This document shows positions 51,524 to 64,000 of a stretch of DNA of 64,000 bases, piece after piece. The notes under the pieces were generated by a model. The model made no database searches, was not told the DNA's origin, and saw nothing but the letters and a program-made list of their open reading frames with translations. Source of the stretch: Octopus sinensis. Taxonomy: Eukaryota. The translations under genes and the position numbers were made by a program. Position 1 is the stretch's first letter. Each line of letters starts with the position of its first letter. The stretch is taken from positions 5,828,001 to 5,892,000 of the forward strand of contig NC_043026.1 in the NCBI RefSeq assembly GCF_006345805.1. The letters run 5' to 3'.

Positions 51524-52099
51524 GGTATGTAGAAAAATACAACATGGACAAGAACGTATACTCTAGAAGACGATAATAAACATGGACGGACATTCGACCC
51601 CTCAGTCTTCAGTCAAGAACCGTATCATCGTAGTAATTTCGTCTATTAATTTGGCTGCTCTTTCTAGTGAGTCGAATGGCCTATCAGGGCCATTCCTTAT
51701 ATTGTTGAATATATATATAAATATATATATACACATATATATACACACATATACATATATATAGTGACATCATACCCTGAAATACTCCATATTTATACAT
51801 AGTTTCAGGGAGACATGATATGGTATCTTGAACTCCCAAATGAAGTAAATAGATCCTTATATATACACACACACACACACATACAGACACCCGTGTGTGT
51901 GTGTGTACAAACATGTATATGTATATGTATGTATACACACACACATGCACACACACAAACACACAAACACACACACACACGTATATATGTATACATACGT
52001 TTTATGTGTGTATATATATGTATGTATATACATATGTAGAAATAGATATAAATATATACTTATTTATGTCAATATATATTTAAATATATTTAATTCTAT

Positions 52100-52227
52100 A
52101 TTCAAACCTGTATACATACATGCACATATACATATGTATACATACATACATATTCTTACATACATACATATATACATACATATATTCTTACATACATACA
52201 TACATAAATACATACATACATATATTC

Positions 52228-52265
<38 letters not shown>

Positions 52266-52491
52266 TCTTACATACATCATACTATATTCTTCCTACATAC
52301 AGCATTAAATATATTCTTACATACATACTATATACATACATACATATATTCTTACATACATACATACATACATACATATATTCTTACATACATACATATA
52401 TACATACATACATATATATATTCTTACATACATACATACATATATTCTTACATACATACATACATATATTCTTACATACATACATATATTC

Positions 52492-52522
<31 letters not shown>

Positions 52523-53175
52523 CATACATACATACATTCTTACATACATACATACATACATAAATACATACATACATATATTCTTACATACATATATACA
52601 TATATTCTTACATACATACATACATACATACATATATTCTTACATACATACATATATACATACATACATACATAAATACATACATACATATATTCTTACA
52701 TACATACATATATTCTTACATACATACATACATACATATATTCTTACATACATACATATATACATACATACATACATAAATACATACATACATATATTCT
52801 TACATACATACATACATATATTCTTACATACATGCATACATATATTCTTACATACATACATATATACATACATACATACATAAATACATACATACATATA
52901 TTCTTACATACATACATAAATACATACATACATATATTCTTACATACATACATACATACATATATCCTTATATACATGCATACATCCTTATATCCCTATA
53001 TACATACATACATACATACTACATACATACATACATATATCCTTATACACATACATACATCCTTATATCTTTATATACATACATACATACACACATACAT
53101 ACATACATATATCCTTATATACATACATACATACATACATCCTTATATCCTTATATACATACATACATATATCCT
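52100..53175. repeat. (TACA)n-based complex satellite punctuated by TATATTCTTA / TATCCTTA
   Basis: Direct reading; source of the 328-aa and 199-aa H/T/Y/I ORFs. Confidence 0.95.
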
Positions 53176-53201
53176 TATATATGCACACACAGATACACAG
53201 A

Positions 53202-53256
<55 letters not shown>

Positions 53257-53360
53257 ATATACACATGTATTTGTATCTAATTATTTATTCATACATAAAT
53301 ACCAACAACATACATACACACACATACATATTAACATTCTTAATTCAATCCATGCATTCC

Positions 53361-53397
<37 letters not shown>

Positions 53398-53836
53398 GCG
53401 TGTGTGTGTGTGTGTGTGTGTGTGTACATGACTGGCAGTAACCAACACCCTTCTGTAAATTAACTCAAGATTGGTTCACCAGAGCAAAAGTCTCATAACT
53501 GGAATTCCTTCAGAAATAAATAAAAAAAATATATACAAAAAAAAAAAAAACAAAACAAAAAGAAACAAAACAAAAAAAACAAACTAACGAACACATTACG
53601 GAATAAAAAGGAATTTATTTTATACACACACACACACCCCACACACACACAGACGTGTATGCGTGTGTGTGTGTGTGTGCGTGCCTCTGTTGCCTGCGCA
53701 TGTGAGTGTGTGTGTGTGTGTATGTGTGTGTGTGTATATATGAATATATTTATATACATATATGAATATATATTTATATATATATATGAATATATATATA
53801 ATATATATATATATATATTCATATATATATATAAAT

Positions 53837-53868
<32 letters not shown>

Positions 53869-53908
53869 ATATAAATATATCTTCATATATATAATATTAT
53901 ATATATTC

Positions 53909-53939
<31 letters not shown>

Positions 53940-54238
53940 TATATATATATATATATATAATATATATATATATATATAATATATATATATATATAATATA
54001 TATTAATATATATATGAATATATATATATATATATGAATATATAATATATATATAATATATATTTATATATATACATATGAATATATATATTATGAATAT
54101 ATATTTATATATATATAGAATATATATATATAAATATATATATTATATATCTATATATATATATATATATGAATATATACTTATATTTATATATGAATAT
54201 ATTATATATATATATTAATATATATTTATATTTTATAT

Positions 54239-54279
<41 letters not shown>

Positions 54280-54323
54280 TATATATATATGCATACTATA
54301 TACATATATGTGAATATGATATT

Positions 54324-55190
54324 TATGGAGGGGTACCCAACAGAAAACTGGAATTTTTGCAATATTATTTAATTCACTTAGTTTTTACATATTTACACTT
54401 TTATCGCTTTCAGAGTATTTGCCATTTGAAGCAAGGCACCAGCAGCAGCAGCAGTCCGGATGCATTTTCTACTGTTTGAAGCAGTCTTAGAACTCTTGTG
54501 AAGTGATGCCTTTTAATGACCCCTGTCCTTTTTTTTTTTCTTCAACTCTTCTACATCTGTAAATTCTGTTGCACCAGTTTTTGTCACCAGTGATGACCTT
54601 CGTAAAAGGGCCCAGATCAATTTCTAACCGTTTTAACCAATCCTATGCTCTCTTTTGAGCTAAAATCATTTGCTGCGTCTAAAACTGAGACAACATCCTG
54701 TAACTAACCCTAAACCTCCCCCCTAACCCTAACCCTAATTTTTTTTTCTTAATTGTTAAATTAATTTAATTGTTACGCATGTAAAAAAACTAAAGCAATG
54801 GAATTAAATTAATTTAACAATTAAAAAAAAAAAAATTTAGGGTTAGGGTTAAGGTTAGGGGGGTGAGATTTAGGGTTAGTTACAGGATGTTGTCTCTGTT
54901 TTAGATGCAGCAAATGATTTTAGTTGAATGGAGGTAATCAATTGGTTAAAATTGCCGAAATGCTCGGATTTTCAGACGAAATATCTTACAAACTATAGAA
55001 TTTTCTCAATAAAAACAAGAGAAAATGTTGTTTTTAATAAACACATTCTACCAGAATACGAAGTTTAAAAGTGTTTAGTTAACTAGAAATTGTGTTGACA
55101 TCTGCCGTTCAAAAGGAAAAGATCCTTTGTCACCAGTGATGACCTTCGTAAAAGGGCCCAGATCAATTTCCAGCTGTTCTTACAATTCAC
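54324..55190 (-). pseudogene. Internally deleted mariner transposase relic, split by a MITE
   Basis: Minus strand CEL*EQLEIDLGPFTKVITGDKNW (first catalytic Asp motif, ITGDExW) joined to EFTDVEELKK...LKGITSQEF*DCFKQ*KM...CLASNGKYSESD (mariner C-terminus); TIR-like end and TA at 54324. Confidence 0.75.
54625..55125. mobile_element. One-ended GGATC-family MITE with internal TTAGGG hairpin
   Basis: Right terminus GGAAAAGATCC intact, left terminus missing; internal palindrome at ~54660-54925. Confidence 0.75.
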
Positions 55191-55965
55191 ATGGTGTTAA
55201 TATGGTCCGATTTGAATTTTATCTTCTACGGAAGGAAGAGCAAGCCTTCTTCTATCATACTTTCAATTTTCGTCAACTTGCACCGCAGGGTCTTGGAGGA
55301 GATAGTGTTAGTTGAAGGCTACCAAACCTGCCATACACAGACAACTTCAGCTTTATATATATAGACTAGCAGTATCGCCCGGCATTGCTCGGATGTGTTT
55401 CGACCCTTTAGAATTGGAATTTTTGAAAAGTAAAAACATTGCATTATGTAGCTTGTTATTATCTTTATGTGAACATCTTTTTGGTAAAATACACCGAAAA
55501 ATGGCAGTCAAAAAATCGTAAAAAATAGGAATTTTCATAGAAAAAAAAGCACCTTTTTGATGTAAATAATTTTTGGTGTTAACATAGTCCGATTTGAATT
55601 TTTTCTTTTACGGAAGGAAGAGCAAGCCTTCTTCTATCATACTCTCAATTTTGGTCAACTCGTGCCGCAGGGTCTTGGAGGAGATAGTGTTAGTTGAAGG
55701 CTGCCAAACCTGCAGACAACTTCAGCTTTATAAATAGTAAAAAATAGGAATTTTCATAGAAAAAAAAGCACCTTTTTGATGTAAATAATTTTTGGTGTTA
55801 ACATGGTCCGATTTGAATTGTATCTTCTACGGAAGGAAGAGCAAGCCTTCTATCATACTCTCAATTTTGGTCAACTTGTGCCACAGGGTCTCGGAGGAGA
55901 TAGTGTTAGTTGAAGGCTACCAAACCTGCCATACACAGACAACTTCAGCTTTATATGTGGAGAGA
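55185..55965 (-). mobile_element. Three head-to-tail Helitron H2 units
   Basis: Minus-strand junction ...CTGCTAG|TCTATATATATAAAGC at 55366/55365; third partial unit from ~55740. Confidence 0.75.
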
Positions 55966-56166
55966 TTTATTTTAAATCGTTCATCTTTTTGCCCCCACCC
56001 GCCCACACACACAAAAATTAGTTTGGGCGCGATTTTTATTTTATTTTGTTTTCCTTAGGGAAAATCGTGCGGGTGAAAAGATCATTGGGGTTGGGGGTGA
56101 AATTTCCGAGGCTTCCACCTCATCCCATCCCGTTTTTCGAACCCCACAAAGGGTTTTTATAGCATA

Positions 56167-56461
56167 CTAGCAGTATCGCCCGGCGTCGCTCGGGTTTGTA
56201 AGGGAAATAACTATATAAGCATTTTTAGAGATGTAAAGTATAATAGCCATCTCAATATGGCTAACCACAAAGGGGGGGGGGGGATTTTTTTTAAAATCGT
56301 AGACTCATCGTAGACGCGCGCTAATACCCAGAAGGGCTCGATATGAATCACGACTATAAGATACCCGGTTTTGGTTAAACTGCACCGCAAAATGTGGGAG
56401 TAGTTAGGAATCTAAATCGTAGGAGACAGACAGCACACAACCTCTCTTTTATATATAAAGA
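56167..56461 (-). mobile_element. Helitron H1
   Basis: TC start at 56461, CTAG end at 56167 with CCCGAGCGACGCCGGG hairpin. Confidence 0.8.
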
Positions 56462-56801
56462 TTAGGAGATCACGGGAATTCATTCAACGAAAAAAAAAAA
56501 TTTCCAATGATTCCGAGGGGTGGGGGTTCCCCTTCGCCCCACGCCACTCTTCTGAACAAAAATAAGGGATTTGCAGCATATTAGGAAGTCAGGGTACTTG
56601 ATTCTACGCCACAAAAAATCCGAGTTTTCTGGGGTTTTTTTAGTGAAAATCGTGCGGGTGTTAATATAAAAGTTTACTGATATTTCAATGATGTGACTGT
56701 TTAATTTTAGGATGAGCATTGTGAGGTAGCTACGAGAGGCAGGATCTGGCCACTTTGATCATAAAACCGGTTAAATATTCAGACCAGATATGCCTGGATT
56801 A

Positions 56802-57316
56802 TCTATATATATAAAACTCTAGTTGTGTGAGTGTCTGTCCCCTTCGATTTAGATTCCTAACTCCTCCCACATTTTGCGGTGCAGTTTAACCAAATTCGGG
56901 TATCTTATAGTCGTGATTCATATCGAGCCCGTCTGGCTATTAGCGCGCGTCTACGATGAGTCTACGATTTTAAAAATAATTTAACATCATTTTTTATTCC
57001 ATTTTAATGCATAATTTTTCGTGTGTCGATGGCGGCGGAGTTGGCGTCCATGGTCACACCTGCACCTGTGTTTGCTTTCCCCCCTTCTTCCCTCCCTCAT
57101 GAAGCTGTGGGGAAGGGAGTGTAAAGAAATCAACGTCGTAAAGCGTTGTCAAGGAGACCAGCGTTCTTTTAGAACAACGACTTCATGGCTTGAAGACACC
57201 AAAACAGAAATGGCTAAGAAAGCCCGAATTGGCATCTATAAGGGAAGTAACTCTCTAAAAATGCTTATATAGTTATTTCCCTTACAAACCCGAGCAACGC
57301 CGGGCGATACTGCTAG
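56802..57316 (+). mobile_element. Helitron H1
   Basis: A|TCTATATATATAAAAC...CCCGAGCAACGCCGGGCGATACTGCTAG|T. Confidence 0.85.
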
Positions 57317-57570
57317 TATACAATAAATTCGTTAGACCGAGAACAGAAAACTAGTAAAAAAGAAAAAAAAAAACTCGTCACGTAAATTCAAATGACACAA
57401 GGGAGACAACTACTCTGAATTTGTAGAGCTTAGCAGACATTCTTTCATTTCTTCACGTTGTTCAGGCATTTGACTGTGGCCATGCTGGAGCACCGCCTTA
57501 AAGGGGTTTTGTCGAAGAAATCGAGGACCCTAGGACGTATTCTTTGTAAGCCTACTAGGCGATCCGATCC

Positions 57571-59073
57571 GGATCTTTTCCTTTTGAACGGCAGATGTCA
57601 ACACAATTTCTAGTTAACTAAACACTTTTAAACTTCGTATACTGGTAGAATGTGTGTATAAAACATCTTTTTCTCTTGGCTTTATTAAAAAATTCTATAG
57701 TTTGTAAGATATTTGGATCTTTCGGTTTGACCGGCAGTTTTTTTAAAATAATTTCCACGTAACTAAACACTTTAACTTCGTATACGTGAAGAATGTGTTT
57801 ATAGAACATCTTTTTCTCTTGGCTTTATTGAAAAAATTCTATAGTTTGTAAGATATTTGGGATCTTTTCGGTTTGACCGGCAGGTTTTTAAAATAATTTC
57901 CACGTAACTAAACTTTTAAACTTCGTATACTGGTAGAATGTGTTTATAGAACATCTTTTTCTCTGGCTTTATTAAGAAAAATTCTATAGTTTGTAAGATA
58001 TTTGGGATTTTCGTTCGGTTTGACCGGCAGTTTTTTAAAATAATTTCCACGTAACTAAACACTTTTAAACTTCGTATACTGGTAGAATGTGTTTATAAAA
58101 CAACATTTTCTCTTGATTTTATTGAGAAAATTCTATAGTTTGTAAGATATTTCGTCTGAAAATCCGAGCATTTCGGCAATTTTAACCAATCGATTACCTC
58201 CATTCAGCTAAAATCATTTGCTGCGTCTAAAACTGAGACAACATCCTGTAACTAACCCTAAACCTCCCCCCCTAACCCTAACCCTATATGGTTTTTTCTT
58301 AATTGTTAAATTAATTTAATTCCATTGCTTTAGTTTTTTTTTACACGCGTAACAATTAAATTAATTTAACAATTAAGAAAAAAAAATTAGGGTTAGAGTT
58401 AGTTACAGGATGTCTCAGTTTTAGACGCAGCAAATGATTTCAGCTCAAAAGAGTGCATAGGATTGGTTAAAATTCGAAAAATTAAACTACGTCAAACAAA
58501 CAAATTACAATTTTCTCAAGAAAGCCAAGAGAAAAAAATGGGCGATCTTTCGTCTCTAGTAGACCTTTCCGTCGATTTCCGTAAAAAATTTTTTTTTTAC
58601 ATATGTGCTTGCGGGAACTTTTGAAGTAATGAGAGCGAAAGAGAAAGCGATTGTATGACGAGGGAAGTTCTTTTGAAGTTACCGTGCATGGGAAGCATTG
58701 ATGGACATGTGTGTGTGTGTGTGTGTATGTGTTTGATGGGGTGTGGGAGACAGACAGTATGTTGTGTAAGTGAAGTGCTTCTGTTAGTGTGTGTGAAGAG
58801 ACAGAGTAATGTGTGAAAGAAAGAGATAACTGAGAACTTCCCTCGTCATACAATCGCTTTCTCTTAGTCTCTTTCGCTCTCATTACTTCAAAAGTTCCCG
58901 CAAGCCCAAATGTAAAAAAAAAAATTTTTTTTTACGGAAATCGACGGAAAGGTCTACTAGAGACGAAAGATCGCCGAAAAAAATTGTTTTATTTTGATAC
59001 ATTCTACCAGTATACGAAGTTTAAAAGTGTTTAGTTAACTAGAAATTGTCTGCCGTTCAAAAGGAAAAGATCC
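57571..59073. mobile_element. Expanded GGATC-family MITE with four tandem left ends and a nested GGCGATC MITE
   Basis: GGAT restarts at 57571, 57715, 57860 and 58005; central hairpin ~58205-58445; right end ...GAAAAGATCC at 59073. Confidence 0.8.
58541..58975. mobile_element. MITE, GGCGATC family, ~150-bp TIRs, ~9-10-bp TSD
   Basis: GAAAAAAATG|GGCGATC...GATCGCC|GAAAAAAATT. Confidence 0.85.
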
Positions 59074-60024
59074 GGTATAAGTACACATGTGACTTTGTTT
59101 ACATTTCTGAAGATAACAGAAACCCTTATCTCCCACCCCTAACCCTAACCCCACCACATATATATATATCTCTTATTATAAAAGGCAGATTTTATCTGCC
59201 TCCCTTTGGGAGTTATACAAATCTACAATATAGGATTTCTTCAATTACAATTTACCTAGCAGTTTTAAGAGTACAATGCATCGCGTCATGCCAGGTCCAG
59301 TTTTTTAAAATTTAAACTCCAATTAAGCAAAATTTACAGAAAACTCACTTCTGGGTGTGTGTCAAATGCTTTTCTTAGTCTGGTTTACACCACACGCAAC
59401 GCACACACACAGTGGGCAACGAATAAAATGAAAGTAAATGCGACAGAGTGATTTGAGGAAGACTAAAGTGAAAGTATTCTGTCTATGACGCTGATAGATA
59501 CATGAGTAAATGTATGGGAAGCTAAGAGCTAAGAGTGAGTGAAAATGTTCTTGGAAGAGAGTAATTAGTAATAAAGTAAACATATACTCATACATACATA
59601 CATACATACATACATACATACACACACAACACACACATACACACACACATACATACCACACACATACATACATACACACATACATACATACATATATATA
59701 CATACATACATACATATACATATACATACATACACCACACACAGTATTGAAGCTTGAGAACAATCAGATACATTTGCAACACATCTGTTTGAAATATTAT
59801 TGTTCACACCATACATTATACATATATACATACATACAGACAGACAGATAGACACACACACACACACACACACCACACATGATCCAGCATGGCCACAACC
59901 TCAAGGCAAACATATAAAAGAATAACAGAATATAAATGTTGCAAAGTACAAGAAATATTATGCAGTATATGGGGATTGGACAATAAGCGTAAGGCAGTGT
60001 CATGTGTGTCCAGAATCCCGAGCC

Positions 60025-60290
60025 ATAAACTACAGCCTAGAGACGAGCCTCATCCTGAAAGATCTGTAGAACTCGACAAGGACATCGTGAAAACCCTGGT
60101 GGAACAAAATATCATCGTAACTGTTGAGGAACTAGCAGAGAAGCTTGGATTGGGTCATTCACCATTCATTGACACCTGTTGTGCTATCGAAAAGTCAGCA
60201 AATTGGTCAATGGGTTCCTCACGAACTTTCCGAGTCTAATTGCATGCAGAGAGTGAATGTATGCTTTCCTTTGCTGTCATATCTCACCAC
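60025..60290 (+). pseudogene. Frameshifted mariner transposase N-terminal fragment
   Basis: DEPHPERSVELDKDIVKTLVEQNIIVTVEELAEKLGLGHS (HTH region) then, in another frame, GQWVPHELSESNCMQRVNVC with the mariner WVPHEL signature; truncated by a Helitron. Confidence 0.85.
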
Positions 60291-60306
60291 TACTGCCCTA
60301 TGTATA

Positions 60307-60974
60307 TCTATATATATAAAACTGTAGTTGTGTGAGTGTCTGTCCCCTTCGATTTAGATTCCTAACTACTCCCACATTTGCGGTACAGTTTAACCAAATT
60401 CGGGTAGCTTATAGTCGTGATTCATATCGAGCCCGTCTGAATATTAGCGCCGTCTACGATGAGTCTACGATTTTAAAAATAATTTAACATCATTTTTTAT
60501 TCTATTTTAATGCATATTTTTCGTGTGTCGATGGCGGCGGAGTTGGCGTCCATGGTCACATCCTGCACCTGTTTGCTTCTCCCCTTCTTCCCTCCCTCGT
60601 GAAGCGTGGAAGGGAGTGTAAGGAAATCAACGTCGTAAAGCATTGTCAAGGAGACCAGCGTCTTTTATAACAACGACTTCATGGCTTGAAGACACCAAAA
60701 CAGAAATGGCTAAGAAAGCGTCTACATGAGTCTACGATTTAAAAAAAAATTTACCATCGTTTTTTTTCCATTTTTAATGCATTTTTTTTCGCTATTATAT
60801 AAGGGAATAACTCTCTAAAAATGTCTACGATGAGTCAACGATTAAAAAAAAATTTACCATCATATTTTTTCCATTTTTAATGCATTTTTTGCTATTTTTT
60901 GGCTATAACTCTCTAAAAATGCTTATATAGTTATTTCCCTTACAAACCCGAGCAACGCCGGGCGATACTGCTAG
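60307..60974 (+). mobile_element. Helitron H1 (long form)
   Basis: A|TC...CCCGAGCAACGCCGGG...CTAG|T. Confidence 0.85.
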
Positions 60975-61229
60975 TATATATATAAAAAAAAACACTTTCT
61001 TGAAATGTATCTGGTACTTCCAGTACTTATACCGAAGTTACGCCGCCTACTAATACTATTGGTCTCTTTTGCCTAACTGCTAAGATACGTGGACGTAAAC
61101 ACACCAACATTGGTTGTCAAGCGATGGGGTGCATCTTGGGCAAGTATCTTCTGCTATAGCCCCGGCCCGACCAATGCCTTGTGAGTGGATTTGGTTGACG
61201 GAAACTGAAAGAAGCCCGTCGTATCTATG

Positions 61230-61301
<72 letters not shown>

Positions 61302-61381
61302 AATATATATTATATATATATAATATATATATATGTATATATATTATATATGTATATATATATGTTATATATATATGTATA

Positions 61382-61437
<56 letters not shown>

Positions 61438-62118
61438 TTGTGTGTCTGTGTTTGTCCCCCAGCATTGCTTGACAACCGATGCTGGTGTGTTTACGGTCCT
61501 CGTCACTTAGCGGTTCGGCAAAAGAGAGACCGATAGAAAAGTACTGGGCTTACAAAAGAATAAGTCCTGGGGCCGATTTGCTCGACTAAAAGGCGGTGCT
61601 CCAGCATGGCCGCAGTCAAATGACTGAAACAAGTAAAAGAGTGAATAAAGTTGCATATCTAGACATGCGCATGCGTGTACGTGAGTGCGTGCGAGCACGT
61701 GCGTCCCTGCATGCATATGTGTGTGTGTGCCTGTGTGTGTGTGTGTGTATAGGTGTGTTGGATGCATGCATGCAAGTGTGACCGCGCGTTTGTACGTGTG
61801 TGTGTGTGTATGTATGCATGCGTATGTGCATGTGTGCGTGCGTGCTTGTGTGTGTGTGTGTTCGTATGTAAGTGTCCGTGTGTAGGTATATTACCCCCCC
61901 CCCCCGTGTGTGTCTATGTGAATTAATGTGTGCGTGTATGCATGTGTGTGCATGCAGGTGTGTGTGTGTGTTCGTGCCATGTCTACGTGTGTGCATATAT
62001 GTGTGTGTGTGTGTGGGGGGGGATTGGGATGCAAGCATATATCTATTGGTTTTGATTCGATCAAAAAAAGTTTAGTCTGATCACTGATGTAAGGGAAGTA
62101 ACCCTTGCAGTTTCTGTA

Positions 62119-62675
62119 TCTCTCTATATGTATGAAGCTGAAGTTGTCTGTGTATGGCAGGTTTGGCAGCCTTCAACTAACACTATCATTATAATAATAA
62201 TAATAATAATAATTGTGTACAGTGCTCAGGTGCACTACAACTCATCTAAAGTGTATATATAATCAGGTGTAGTTTCGGCGGATTTCGGAAAGCATGAGGG
62301 CCTTAAAGGATGCAGTGTCATGGCAGTCAACAACTGACGCAGGCAGTTTATTCCATGCTTCAGCAACTCTGAGCCTTCAACTAACACTATCTCCTCCGAG
62401 ACCCTGCGGCGCAAGTTGACCAAAATTGAGTGTATGATAGAAGAAGGCTTGCTCTTCCTTCCGTAAAAAAAAAATTCAAATCGGACCATGTTAACATCAA
62501 AAATTATTTACATCAAAAAGGTGCTTTTTTTTTCTATGAAAATCCCTATTATTTTAACGATTTTTTGACTGCTGTGTCGTCATTTTTCGGTGTATTTCAA
62601 CCAGAAAAATGTTCACTTTAAGATAATAACAAGCTACATAATGCAAAATTTTTACTTTTCAAAAATTCCGATTCT
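62119..62675 (+). mobile_element. Helitron H2, 3'-truncated, interrupted by a LINE
   Basis: Colinear with 49402-49750. Confidence 0.75.
62188..62371 (-). mobile_element. 5'-truncated CR1-type LINE with (ATT)n tail and ~20-bp TSD
   Basis: Minus strand RVAEAWNKLPASVVDCHDTASFKALMLSEIRRNYT* (WNxLP..VV...FK terminus); TSD AGCCTTCAACTAACACTATC at 62168-62187 and 62372-62391. Confidence 0.8.
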
Positions 62676-63541
62676 ATATACGACGGGCTTCTTTCAGTTT
62701 CCGTCTACCAAATCCACTCACAAGGCTTTGGTCCGCCCGAGGCTATAGTAGAAGACACTTGCCCAAGGTGCCACGCAGCGGGAATGAACTCGGAACCATG
62801 TGGTTGGTAAGCAAGCTATTTACCACACAACCACTCCTGCGTCTAGATACAATCTTTTATTTTTTTTTTACTTGTTTCAGTCATTTGACGACTGCCATGC
62901 TGGGGCACCGCCTTGAAGGGTTTTTTTTTAGTCGAAGAAGTTGATCCCAGGACTTATTCTTTGTATGCCTACCACCTGTTTCACACAAAAAGCACTGAGT
63001 CCACTCTGCTGCGTGGTTGGTGTCAGGAAGGGCATCCAGCTGTAAAAATCCTGCTAAAACAGTCACAGAAGTCTGGTGCAGGCTTTGGCCTGGCTGGTTT
63101 TTGTGATACCGTCCCACCCATGCTAGCATGGAACACAGACATGTATGTATGTATGTATGTATGTATTTGTGTGTCTGTTTTTGACAAGCGACGTTGCTGT
63201 GTTTACGTCCCCCGTAACTTAGCGGTTCGGCAAAAGAGACCGATAGAATAAGTATTAGGCTTACAAAGAATAAGTCTTGTTGGTTGATTTGTTCGACTAA
63301 AGGCGGTGCTCCAGCATGGCCGCAGTCAAATGGCTGAATCAAGTAAAAGAATGGCTGTGTGGTAAGTAGCTTGCTAACCAACCACATGGTTCCGGGTTCA
63401 GTCCCACTGCGTGGCATCTTGGGCAAGTGTCTTCTACTATAGCGTCAAGCCGACCAAAGCCTTGTGAGTGGATTTGGTAGACGGAAACTGAAAGAAGCCT
63501 GTCGTATATATGTATATATATATTATATATATATATATATA

Positions 63542-63582
<41 letters not shown>

Positions 63583-63839
63583 GTATATATACATATATAT
63601 ATATATTATATATATATATTATATATATATATATAATATATTATATATATATATATTATATATATATATACATATGTATATATATATAACATGGGGAGAC
63701 AAAGAGACTGGAGAAAGAGAAGACGAAGAGAGAGAAGAAGGAAGAAAGCAAGTGAGAGAGAGACTGGAATATAAGTGAGACAGTGACTATGGAGTATAGA
63801 TGTGTATGTGTTATATTGGTGACTTTTGTCTGTCTGCTG

Positions 63840-63892
<53 letters not shown>

Positions 63893-63953
63893 GTCTGTCT
63901 GTCTCTCTCTGTCTGTCTATCTATCTATCTATCTATCTATCTATATCTATCTA

Positions 63954-63998
<45 letters not shown>

Positions 63999-64000
63999 GT

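Noticed and set aside
51585-51620. Minus-strand TGACTGAAGAC...GTCGAATGTC, hammerhead-like
   Set aside because: Both CUGANGA and GAAAC are broken and no clear stem I; too weak without a family consensus

Overview
AT-rich, repeat-saturated animal genomic DNA, most likely an octopus or related cephalopod (inferred from the SINE repertoire, not verified), with one 100-N gap (558-657). The only host coding sequence I can support is exon 1 of a Rab10-type GTPase on the minus strand (35135-35009). The ORF track misses it, and I found no later exon, so intron 1 appears to exceed 35 kb. Almost all listed ORFs come from microsatellites, minisatellites or SINEs. The rest is four SINE-like families, non-autonomous Helitrons, several MITE families, and decayed mariner, Tx1/L1, CR1 and Hero/NeSL-type fragments. 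The main discovery-level signal is a set of minimal type-I hammerhead ribozyme motifs. Three sit at an exact 359-bp period in a tandem array (49828-50937, minus strand) with the layout of a non-LTR retrozyme or Penelope pseudo-LTR. Two more form an inverted pair (39366-39524), and variant-core motifs lie at 9917, 32777, 37928 and 38187. All folding and alignment was done by eye; repeat boundaries are approximate to about 10 bp unless a TSD is given.
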